This document shows positions 25,782 through 36,518 of a DNA stretch of 64,000 bases, piece after piece. The notes beneath the pieces are model-generated. The model saw nothing but the letters and a program-made list of their open reading frames with translations, was not told where the DNA came from and searched no databases. Every line of letters starts with the position of its first letter. Within the stretch, counting starts at the first letter, position 1. The translations under genes and the position numbers were made by a program. The stretch is from Okamejei kenojei (lineage: Eukaryota). The stretch covers positions 23,746,001 through 23,810,000 of the forward strand of contig CM069158.1 in NCBI GenBank assembly GCA_035221665.1. The letters are read 5' to 3'.

Positions 25782-28700
25782 TCACACGTAATCGCCGTAA
25801 CGGACCGGCGGCCTGACCAGGCGACCAGACCCGGTCCGCACCTCGCCATCACCTCCTTCCCCGACGGGAACAAGTGGGGACGCCGGGGCATGGTGGGGGC
25901 TACGGACAGGAGAACCCCTTGGCGACGAAGGCATCGGGGGGGACGGCGAAGAGAAGGGCGAGGAAGCCGGAGAAAGCGGGACCGCAGCCGGGAGGCGGAC
26001 AGGAGGAGGACGAAGGGGAGTTGGCCCCAGAGGAACGGGCAAAGCACTGGGCCGCGACAGTGGCAGCGAGGGGGCATACAGAGCCGCCAGGGGAGGGAGA
26101 GGCTCGTTCACGAGCCGGAGATGCTGGCGGGACCGGCGGTACACCCTTCCGTCGTGGTTGACAAGGTACGAACGAGGGGAACCGGCAGAACCGACGACCA
26201 CGACCAGCTTGGAACGGCCAGAAGTGGACCTCATACGGACGACTTGGCCGGGGAGAAGAGGGCGGAGGACACGGCAGGACCTGTCGTGGGAACGCTTCTG
26301 TATACTGTGTTTTTGGGCAATGCGTTTCCGGACCAAGGCAGGTTTAAAGACGGAGGGGGACAGGGACTGCTGAGACACCGGGACCGTGGGCCTCGTGACT
26401 CGGGGCATGAGTCGCTGAGCCGGGGAGCCCAGGGCATGGTCGCGGGAGATGTTGCGGAGGTTCAGCAGGGCCAGGTAGATGTCGGAGCGGGATAGGCGGC
26501 AACGTTCCAACAATCCTTTAGCACTGCAGACCGCACGTTCGGCCAGTCCGTTGCTCTGCAGGTATTCCGGGCTGCTAGTGTAATAACGAAAGTTCCATCA
26601 TTCGGCAAAAGCGCGGAATTCGGCACTGGTGAACTGGCTGCCGTTGTCCGACTGCGGGCTGGCCGGTGACCCGAAGGTGGCAAAGTGGCGGCGCAACTTC
26701 TCGATGACCGCGGAGGAAGAGAGGGAGTGGAGCTGGTCAACTTCAAACCAGCTGGAGTAAGAGTCGACAAGCACCAGGAAGTGCTTTCCGTGCCACTCGA
26801 AGATGTCGGTTGCTAGCGCAGACCATGGCAGGTCAGCAGCTGGCTGCTGCAGGAGCGGTTGCTGCTGTTGCTGTGGTGCGAGGCTGTTGCAGGTAGGGCA
26901 CGCGGAGACCCTATCCCGGAAGTAGCGAGGCATGTCAGGCCAGAAAAATTGGCTCTGAGCGATGGAAAGGGTCGCTTCAGCCGCGGGATGGCCACGATGA
27001 GCGGTTTCGAAGTATTGTTCTCATAGTGCTGCGGGCACCACCACCTTGTGCCCCTTCACAATCACACCATCACGCAGCACCAACTTGTCACGAACCAAGA
27101 AGTAAGGCACCGCTGCGGCCGGCAGGGAAGAACGGCGGTCTGGCCAGCCCTCTTGATGATCGCGGCCAGTTGCTGTAGCGAAGCGTCAGCCGCCGTGTGC
27201 TTGGTCAGGGACTTCAACTGACTGGAGGGCACAAAGTCAACGTTTAGGACTATCAGATCGGACGTCTCGTATGGATGTCGGGTTGTGGATGAGAGAGGCG
27301 CCCGAGACAGCGTGTCAGCAACAACCATGTCCTTGCCCTTGCGATAAACCACTGTGAAAGTGAAGCGTTGTAGCTGGAGCATCATGCGCTGGAGCCGGGA
27401 GGAGGCCATGTGTATTGGCTTGTTGAGGATGGTGACCAGAGGCTGGTGGTCCGTCTCGACAGTGAAGCAGTTGCCCAGGATATAGTCTTTGAATTTGGAG
27501 CAGGCAAAGACAACAGCCAGCAGCTCTTTCTCAATCTGGGCATAGTGTTGTTCAGCGGTCGTCATTGTGCGGGATGCGTAGGACACAGGCAGTTGCACCC
27601 CATCATGGATCTGCAGGCAGGCGGCCCCGAGGCCAAACTTAGATGCATCACATGTGAGGACGATGGGGCGCTGGAGGGCAAAGTACTTCAGCGTTGGCAT
27701 GCTGATCAGCTTAAATATGAGGGTGTCAAATGCTTGCTGGTGTTGCGGGAACCAGGCCCAGGCAGTGTCCTTTTTCACCAGATCCCGCAGAGGGGCACTC
27801 AGTTCACTCATGTCGGGGATGAACTTTCCCAGGTAGTTGACCATGCCCAAGAAGCGCTGTAAGCCAGGCACGTCTGCAGGTGCAGGCATCTCGGATATTG
27901 CGGTCGTCTTCTGCGGGTCGGGCTTCAGCCCCGATGCAGTGAAGACATGCCCCACGTAGGTGACCTCAGGGACCCAGAATCGGCACTTCTTCGGCTTGAG
28001 CTTCAGGTTGACCTCCCGGGCACGCTGCAGCACCTGGCGAAGGTGGTGGTCGTGCTCAGCGACATTCTTCCCATAAACCAGGATGTCGTCGACAATGATG
28101 GCACACGGAAGTCCAGCAAACAGTTGTTCCATGGTCCTTTGGAAGAGTTGATCCCAAACGGCATGCGGAGGAAGCGATACCTGCCGAAGGGCGTGCTGAA
28201 GGTCGTCAGGTGCGAGGATCGCTCGTCTAGAGGTATCTGCCAGAACGAACTCTTGGCATCAAGAACCGAGAACACGGTGGCAGGGCCGACCTGTGCAGCA
28301 ACATCCTCCACCGTCCGCATGGGATAGTGTGGGCGCCTGATGGCCAAGTTCAAGTCCTTAGGGTTGATGCAGATCCGTATTTCGCTCTTGTCTTTCTTCG
28401 CAGCGACAACCATAGTAGAAACCCACCGGGTGGAGTCCGTTACTGGCTTCAGGATGCCCGTGGCCACCATCTCGTGAAGAGCAGACTCGACCTTGCCCCT
28501 CATGGCAAAGGACACACGGTGCGGGGGACGGATGAATGGCGTGATGTCGGGATTGAGGGCAATCCTGTAGCTGCAGGGCAACTTCCCCAGCTTCGAGTCA
28601 AACCGGTCTGGGAATTCGGCCAGCGGGTTCAGGGGTGCCTCTACCAGGTGGACATCACTGTGGAAGCTCACCAATCCGAGATCCTGGCAGGCCTCCACGC

Positions 28701-28940
28701 CGAGCAGGGGGTCACATTTACCATCTAGCCGGAAGAAAGAGAGGGGCCGAGAGGTCTTCAGCACCTTGCAGTGGAGAGTGGCCCTCCCCACAGGAACAAG
28801 TACGCCACCCCCATAGGCACGCAAAACAGCACTGTGGAAACGGGCTCATTATTTCTTATCTTCCTGAACAGGCTTGTTGACATAACATTAGCAGCAGCCC
28901 CCGTATCCACCTTAGCAGAGAAGGCCATGCCATTCACCGT
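25782..28940 (-). pseudogene. gypsy pol (protease, RT, RNase H, integrase), several frameshifts
   Basis: KVDTGA (PR); LDAKSSFWQ, RMPFG, IVDD (RT); CDAS...YAQIEKE...TDHQPL (RH); CPTC, LVDSYS, SDNG.QF (IN). Confidence 0.93.
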
Positions 28941-29867
28941 GACTCGGACGGTCGGGTCCGTTATCAGAGCAGCTGCACCTCGCAAGGAAAACACATTCAG
29001 CGCGCTCTGAGAAGAGTCAGGGTCAGACGGGGGGAGATCATTGTGCTGGAGATGGGAACCAGATGCTGTATCATCACGTGTCAGGTAGCGAGACGGTTTC
29101 TGCTGTGGCTGTACAGGGTTCTCACGGGAACGGCATGCTGCCGAGAAGTGGTTGGGCTTGTTGCAGAAATTACAGGTTTTCCCCAACGCCGGGCACACAT
29201 TAGAACGGTGTGAAACAAAGTTACAATTTGGACATCGTTGAGGCGGTCTGAAGCCCTGCAGTGGTCTTACCCTCTGTCGCCGGGGAGCATTGTACTGGCG
29301 ACCAGCGAGACTGGCTGCGTGAACCACAGGGTCAGGTACAGCAGAGGAGACAGCCTCAGCTAAACGAGAGGCATGCAACGCCTCATCGAATGTCAGATCA
29401 GGCTTACGCAGCAGCTCAGTGTGCAGCTTATCATCCCATAGACCAAAGACCAAGATGTCACGGGTCAAAGTATCAGGGGTCAGAACATGCAGGTCACATC
29501 GGCGAGCCAGTTGGCGCAGCGCGGCCACGAAATTGTCAATAGATTCCCCAGGGTTTTGGCGTCTGGAGAACAGTTTGAAACGCTCTAAGATGTGGTTAGT
29601 GGGAAGGTCACACATCGCCGTAAATTTAGCAAGCAGACATACCGGGACCTGGATACTCTCACCCTGTCCATAGATGAACGCCTCCGAACGCTCGAGCGCT
29701 TCGGGACCAGCTAGATTAAGCAGCAGGGAAGCCTTGACAGTGGGGGCCACAGCAGGGTGGGCGATGGTAACATAATGCTCAAAGTCACGTCGGAACACAC
29801 TCCAGCGATGAACCATGTCTGCATCAAAGACTAGGATGTCAGGTTTACGACAGGCAGAAGCCATCAC
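28758..29867 (-). CDS. gypsy Gag with two CCHC-type zinc knuckles, running into the protease
   Basis: RRQNPGESID.F..ALR.LA..C; CPNCNFVSHRSNVC and CNFCNKPNHFSAAC. Confidence 0.9.
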   Translation of the reverse strand: MMASACRKPDILVFDADMVHRWSVFRRDFEHYVTIAHPAVAPTVKASLLLNLAGPEALERSEAFIYGQGESIQVPVCLLAKFTAMCDLPTNHILERFKLFSRRQNPGESIDNFVAALRQLARRCDLHVLTPDTLTRDILVFGLWDDKLHTELLRKPDLTFDEALHASRLAEAVSSAVPDPVVHAASLAGRQYNAPRRQRVRPLQGFRPPQRCPNCNFVSHRSNVCPALGKTCNFCNKPNHFSAACRSRENPVQPQQKPSRYLTRDDTASGSHLQHNDLPPSDPDSSQSALNVFSLRGAAALITDPTVRVTVNGMAFSAKVDTGAAANVMSTSLFRKIRNNEPVSTVLFCVPMGVAYLFLWGGPLSTARC

Positions 29868-29932
29868 GGCACAGGGAGGGGGTACTGGGATTAAGAAAAT
29901 AAAACGCGATAGACTGGAGATGCAGAATGAAG

Positions 29933-29946
29933 CACTTCTGACGCCA
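29933..29946 (-). promoter_or_regulatory. Primer binding site (tRNA-Leu type)
   Basis: TGGCGTCAGAAGTG directly after the 5' LTR; one mismatch to the complement of the tRNA-Leu(CAA) 3' end (CACTTCTGACACCA). Confidence 0.85.
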
Positions 29947-30157
29947 TGTAGAGAAGGTACACAGACACCTTAAGGTCTTCACTACTTTTTTAATCATACA
30001 TCATATATAGCCCTAGCTGTACGTGGTCTGTCACGATCACTAGAGAGCTAGGGGCATGTGGGTTACAATTATACTAACCGGTGGGGGGGGGGGGGGGGGG
30101 GTGGTTAGCATGGACATCGTCACTATCAATTAACGGTGTATACACATATCATCTACA
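29947..30157 (-). repeat. 5' LTR of gypsy element
   Basis: Direct repeat of 25488-25689, differing mainly in poly-G and (GA) tract lengths. Confidence 0.97.
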
Positions 30158-31351
30158 GATACCCGTCAGAACCTGCTGCATCCTTGATGCACCTTCTTTA
30201 TAAGAAATGCAAGCTCAGTTTAAAAGTTTAAACAGTCAAACTGGACACTCATCACATTGCAACCTTGACAACAGCATGAATCTGCAATTAAAATAAAGGA
30301 TTTTTTTTAATGGAGCTTGCCTCATCAAAACCTCAAGGTATTCAGATAAATATTTTCAATATAAGTACAATAGTGGTGGCGGTGATGGACTCAGTGAATG
30401 GAACATTAATTAAATGCTTCTAACCTATAGCAATGGAGGGCATTCTGATGTTCTGATGATTTATACTGTTCTGATGGTTTATTGACCAAATAGAAACACT
30501 CCAATATGGTCTGATGTTCCTTGCCATCATCAATAAGGAGACCTTTAACTGATGGTCTTTTTTATACTTTTCTATCTCCAAATCAAATATGACCCCAGTT
30601 CTCAAGGAATATTTATGATGTGTGCAGCACATCAGATTAGGGCTACCAGGTTTACACCATTAGAATATCAAGTACCTTAAAGCATACCAATCTATCAAGA
30701 CTACTTCTCCATGACCAGTAATACTTATGTCTACTTTCAGTCTTCTTAATTTCTGTACGCAAGACTCTTTGTGGAACGTTGTTTGTTTTATTTAAGTTTG
30801 TTTTTCTTTAATTATTTTAATTGTATGAGGATGAATGCTTTTGAATGTCTCCAAATGTCATACGCATTTTTTTTTAACAACCGTGTTCTGGGTGTGCCTT
30901 GTTTTGGTGCAGGACATCATAGGTTAGGGTGGAGCCTTCATCCAGTAATGTGCTCAGCAGGTTTGCATGAAGTACGAATGACACTGCACTAGACTGATTG
31001 AACCTAGAAACATAGACCAGGAAGAGGCACTTCAGCCCACAAAGTCCCAACTGAACATGATGCCAGGTTAATCTCCTCGATCTGCACGTGATCCATATCC
31101 TTCCATTCTTTTCATATCCATGTGAAACTGTCCACAATTTCTGAACCTTCAGATCTATGTTTTTGTTTTGCTGTCATTGCGAATCAACAAAGTGTGTTAA
31201 AATAATTCTTGCTTCGTTTGCATGAGAACAATTGATTCGGAAGATTACATAGTCTTGTAGTGCTTTTTTTGTAGGCAAAAAAATGTTGCTGCACATATAA
31301 CAATCCGCACAATGTTATTGACAGCTGTACATTAAAGTCGTTTTTAGAGGT

Positions 31352-34300
31352 TGTTAAGGTTCATTTCACTTCAGACAAAACGTAATAAAATTAGTAATCA
31401 AGTAGTAAAATCTTTATTTCACCAGGCGGGTGTGGCAGTAAACTCTTACAGTATGTAATATACAGACTATAGGTTCACTGTATCCCCACAAAAAGAGGTA
31501 ATGTTCAATCAGATATATTTATACCCCAATAATCAACGATTCAGCAATACTTTATCTTACAGTGCATTGCACAGCCTCCTGTCTGTTAAGATTGCCAGGT
31601 TCTTCCGAGAGAGGAAAGGTTAGCCCAGATATGGTCATGCTGAAGAGGCTATTTTTCTGCAGATCAAGCATTTGTTTTTTTTACCTTATTGACACACATT
31701 TTACTTAGGAGTCACGTGAGTGATTCTGTGAAGAAGGCCCGCCATTGCACATGCGCGTCATTACGTTAGACGCATGGCGCAGCGATGGGCTGGAGAGCGC
31801 AGCTCCACCAGCGGTAAGTTAAAAACTCACAGGTAAGTTTCCTCCAGCAGCGGTCTATACAGGGAAGACCTGTACTACATGGGGGCCCATACCAGCAGTG
31901 CCAGGTCAAGGGCTGCATGATACCTCCCTCATGCATGAGCAGGGAGAGCCAGGGCAGTATGATACTGACCCTGAAGTTGGTGGTATAGCGGAGGAGCATA
32001 CCCAAAAGCACACAAGCTTAGCTCCAGGTGTGCCGGATGTGGCATGCAAATTCGCCATACCGGCAGGAACTGGTAAGGAAATGGAAGAAAATCTGGCCAG
32101 AAACATCAATTACATGACCTCTCACCAGCTCCAAGAATCAACTATGGATGAAACATCCAAACGATACGAAACGCCTGTAAATTGTGCATCACTCAGAGTG
32201 CCCAAAGTGAACCAGGCCATCTGAGGGCAAATGGGTGCAACCATGCGATTGCATGAATTAAGGCTGCAAAAAGTCTTAAAATTAATCGGAGCAGGCATAA
32301 CGGCATTTGGACGGTCAGTCGAAGGGGCACCACTATCAGACCCACAGCAGGATATGTTGGCTCTGCTGTGTAACGCCCACTTTGAGATTAACTGCCTGAG
32401 GAAAAATGCCATCAAGCCAACTCTAAATCCATAATTTGCAGCACTGTGCAGATCCTCCAACATACAGCCACCAAACTTGTTGTTTGGTGAAGATCTGGCA
32501 AAGCAAGTCAAGGACTTAGATGACGAGGCAAAGATGATCGGCCTTATCAAATCGCATTCCACAAGCACGATGCTGCCTCGTCGACCATACCCCTTCAGAC
32601 GGGTCACGCGCGGGGCAAGGACCAAGCTGGGCTTTTCCATCACTATGCCATTGGCATGCACCAATGCACATCCCCAACAGAATTAGGAGGCAAAAGAATC
32701 CAGCAACCATGGAGGTACGAGCAGCTGGACCTGTCCAGGACATATCCTCTAGAGATCAGTCACCAGTAGGGGGTAGATTGCAATTGTTCTACAGTGAATG
32801 GTGCTGCATAACATCAGATCAGTTTATACTGGACAGTATCCAGGGGTTTCGAATTGAGTTTATTTTTGATTTACATCCACCCATACAACATACAACCAAG
32901 TCAGGTATTGGTGTTTTCAAAACCAGAAACTCTACAGGTAAATAATGAAATTGAAACATTATTCAAAAAAGGGGTAATTGAAAGTACAGCTCATCAGCCT
33001 CAGCAGTTTGTGTCTAATATATTCCCCAAGCAAAAGAAGGATGGTGGGTGTTGAGTCATTCTTGACCTAACCCAACTGAACTCCTATGTCCAGTATAAAC
33101 ACTTTAAAATGGAAACTTTCAGTACTGCTAACAACTGGTTTCCAAAGGATGTTATATGGCAAGTATAGATCTGAAAGATGCATATTATTCAGTACCAATT
33201 CATTACAAATACCGTAGATACTTGAAATTTAGTTGGATGAGACAGCTGTGGCAATTTAAAACTTTGCCCAATGGGTTAACCTCAGCCCCTGGGTTATTTA
33301 CAAAATTGTTGAAACCAGTATTAGGACTACTCCGGGCTCAGAATCACATTGTGATGGCATACTTGGATGATGTTCTAATCATAGGCAACACTCAGGAGGC
33401 AGCTGAAATTTCTGTTTCAGTTACCAAACATATGTTCGAGAGGTTGGGCTTCTTCATCCATCCAACTAAATCCAAATTGATGTGATCTAGAATCATTGAC
33501 TATTTGCAGCATTCTGATAGATGAACAGCAACCCTCCATCCGGTGAGTGGCTAGTGTAATTGGCAAATTAGTGGTGGCTTTACCTGGAGTGCAATTTGGG
33601 CCTCTACACTATCTGAATGAGCAACGAGCTAAGGAACAGGCACTCAAAAAACATGCAGGTCATTTTCGATAGACCGATGCAGTTGCCAGTCGAAGCTATC
33701 GCCGAGTTGCAATGGTGGATAACAAATATCTCACGTTGCTCTAGTAACATTCTGAGTAAACAACCTTCAGTTGTTTTGCAAACTGATGTGAGTGCTTTGG
33801 GATGGGGAGCCAGTGATACAAATTCTAGCTGCGGCGGCAGATGGAGTATGCAAGAGGCATTAATCCCACAGATGAATGGGATAAACTATTTAGAATTGTT
33901 GGGGGCATTCTATGGCCCAAAAGCGTACTGTTCAACAATGCATGATTTACATGTTCAGCTCCAGATTGACAATACCACAGCTGTTGTATATATTAATCAC
34001 ATGGGTGGATAATCTGGCTAACCTCATCTGGCACAGGTGTATTACTAGGAACATCTGGGTCTCAGCAATCTACCTACCAGGTAGAGATAACGTGGTGGCA
34101 TCAGGTCACGTAAGTTTAATGACAACACAGATTGGATGCTGAATCCAGAAGTTTTTAAAAAGATTGTCACCCAGTATGGATTGCCAGACATAGATCTGTT
34201 TGCATCCAGGCTAAATCACCAGTTACCTAAATACGTCTCAAGGGAACCGGATCCAGGGGCAGTAGCGATGGATGCATTCTCGCTACATTGGGGAGGTATG

Positions 34301-35728
34301 TTATTTTATGCCTTTCCCCCATTCTGCCTTATCAGTCAATGTCTCACGAAAATTGAGGAGGACTCCGCTTCAGGCGTTTTGGTAGTCCCCGACTGGCCCA
34401 CACAGCCATGGTTCCCATTGGTTCTGAGACTGATGACACAGCCATTCATGGTTATCCCAAAATGCAGCAACTTGTTGGTTCACCCTGTGATAGGAGAGAG
34501 TCACCCTTTACATGATCATATTAATCTGCTGATTTGCAGATTCTGACCAGACCGTTCCAGGGGCTCGGACTATCGAGTCGGACTGTGGATGTGATTACTG
34601 CGGCCTGGAGGGATAGTACTAAAAAACAATACGTATCTCATATTAAGAAATGGGAAATGTTCTGCTTACAGTCAAATATATCATATCACACTGCAGGCAT
34701 ACCTGATGTATTGGAGTTCCTTGCTACATTACATTTTGACGAGCAATTGAGTTATAGTGCCATTAATAGTGCTAGGAGTGCATTGTCCTCCTATTTATGG
34801 CAGGGGTCGAGACAACATCCATTGGATCTCATCCATTGCAGCGAGGGTACTAGACGTCCCTTTAGACCAAATCTTCGGGGCCGCAGGATGGTCCAGTGAA
34901 GGGAATTTTCAACGATTCTATGACAAACAGGTTCTATGACAAACCTGCCCTCACGACGGAAGGATTTGGGCATGCTAATTTGGGTTCTGTTTTGTATTTT
35001 CCCCCTGGGAGAGAGGGGTTGTTACTGTTCCTTTTTGTTATTAAAACATTAATTTGTATCATTCAAACAGTGTTCAATACATTATTTGTTTATCCTGTGT
35101 TAACCGAAGCAGTATGTCGTATGGGACTGGATCTACGGCATGAAATCACAGAGCTTCGAAATCTTCACGGAATCACTCACGTGACTCCGAAGTAAAATAG
35201 TAAGATTAAATGAGAACTTACCAGTTTGAAGTTTGATCTTTATTTTATGAGGAGTTACGGTGAGCGATTACGTGCCCTCCACTCCCTCATAATCGCAAAG
35301 ATCATCTGGTAGTTCTAGTCTTCTGAGTCTTACTATATTACTTTGACTGTGGTTACTGTGATTTCACGCCGCTGTTTTGAAGATTGATGCGCATGCGCAC
35401 TGGCGGGCCTTCTTCACGTAATCGCACACCGTAACTCCTCATAAAATAAAGATCAAACTTCAAACTGGTAAGTTCTCGTTTAATCATACTATTATAATCT
35501 TATAGAGTAAAGAGTACGCCAGGTGTCTGAACATTCTCCTGATATTTATATCATAAAGGGAAACATTCATGAAGCTGTGATGTTGGCTCGCTAGTGTTTT
35601 GGAAGAATGGTGAAAACATCTTTGTTAGCCTTGCTAGTGTAACAGGAGAAAGATGAAAGCCTTTCTTTATTGCTTCTAATTCTACAGCTGAATCCATTTT
35701 GTAACTTTTAAACCTTTAAACTTTCTCA
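31352..35728 (-). repeat. ERV 3' LTR, split by DIRS C (pieces 31352-31700 and 35491-35728)
   Basis: Joined pieces align with 44413-44974; on the minus strand it starts TGAGAAAG, with TATAAA ~31518-31523 and AATAAA 31413-31418. Confidence 0.9.
31698..35493 (+). mobile_element. DIRS1-like retrotransposon copy C (internal deletions in gag, RT/RH and YR)
   Basis: Left end ATTTTACTTAGGAGTCACGTGAG; RT (IDLKDAY, YLDD) 33156-33485; RH; MT 34136-34546; truncated YR; ICR 35163-35273; right ITR ~35389-35493. Confidence 0.95.
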
Positions 35729-35739
35729 TTCCTTCCTCT
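35729..35739 (-). promoter_or_regulatory. ERV polypurine tract
   Basis: AGAGGAAGGAA immediately before TGAGAAAG of the 3' LTR. Confidence 0.85.
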
Positions 35740-35769
35740 AGTTATGATAACATTCACAATTCTCGGTAG

Positions 35770-36045
35770 GTACATAATGGTCGCAAGCAGTTAACAATAT
35801 AAATCAGAGCGATAATTAATAAAAAGATAGAGCCATAGTATTCCATGCAGTATTCCAGAGTCCATCAAACTAACTGAATGGCCAGCAGCTCTCATTTCCT
35901 TCATTGTATTGGCATAAGGTTGGCATGTCACAGATTTTCTCAATATCTTGGGAAATGTGGGTAGCAAGGTCAGTGATATTAGAGGATTCATCAGGGATCT
36001 AGGCACAACGCTCATCTTATTATAATACAGGTGCCTCTTTGTTGA
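35770..36045 (-). pseudogene. Retroviral env TM subunit remnant
   Basis: Reverse strand, with a frameshift, reads QRGTCIII/DERCA*IPDESSNITDLATHISQDIEKI (decayed CX6CC-YIPD motif), then FDGLW and the hydrophobic LLIIALIYIV anchor. Confidence 0.8.
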
Positions 36046-36518
36046 TCTTTATGATCAATACTTATTTTATAGGAAGAAAGTTTTTTAATATACAATAGTT
36101 GTAAAACAGTGAGCACAATTACGTACAAAGATTATCAAGAATTTTTGCAGTTTGACAATGACAATAACCTGGTCGAAGACTTTTGTCAAATTCATATTTG
36201 TCAGATTAAAAATGTAAATAGCATACCTTAGGGGTAAAATCAGAATGGAGCTGTCAACTTTCTTATACAGTGGCTTGCAAAAGTATTCATACCCCTTGAA
36301 CTTTTCCACATTTTGTCACGTTACAACCACAAATGTAAATGTATTTTATTGGGATTTTACTTCGGAGTCACGTGAGTGACTTCGTGAAGACCCCGCCAAC
36401 ACGCATGCGCGGCATATCGTCGCGCGCATTTGCATCGGCAGGCTGGGGGGGGGAGTGCGCTCTCTCCTCGGGCTCCTTCATAAAGGCCAGTAGGTAAGTA
36501 TTACTTTTATCCTACAGG

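Larger units (their letters stand above)
25488..30157 (-). mobile_element. Complete Ty3/gypsy LTR retrotransposon (Mag-like)
   Basis: TG...CA LTRs at 25488-25689 and 29947-30157, 5-bp TSD GATAC (25483-25487, 30158-30162), PBS, PPT, and gag-PR-RT-RH-IN order. Confidence 0.97.

Noticed and set aside
25736-29673. Long plus-strand and alternative-frame ORFs over the gypsy element
   Set aside because: Shadow ORFs of GC-rich coding sequence with no motifs.
30083-30101. Poly-G tract as a G-quadruplex element
   Set aside because: Length differs between the two LTRs, consistent with slippage or sequencing error.
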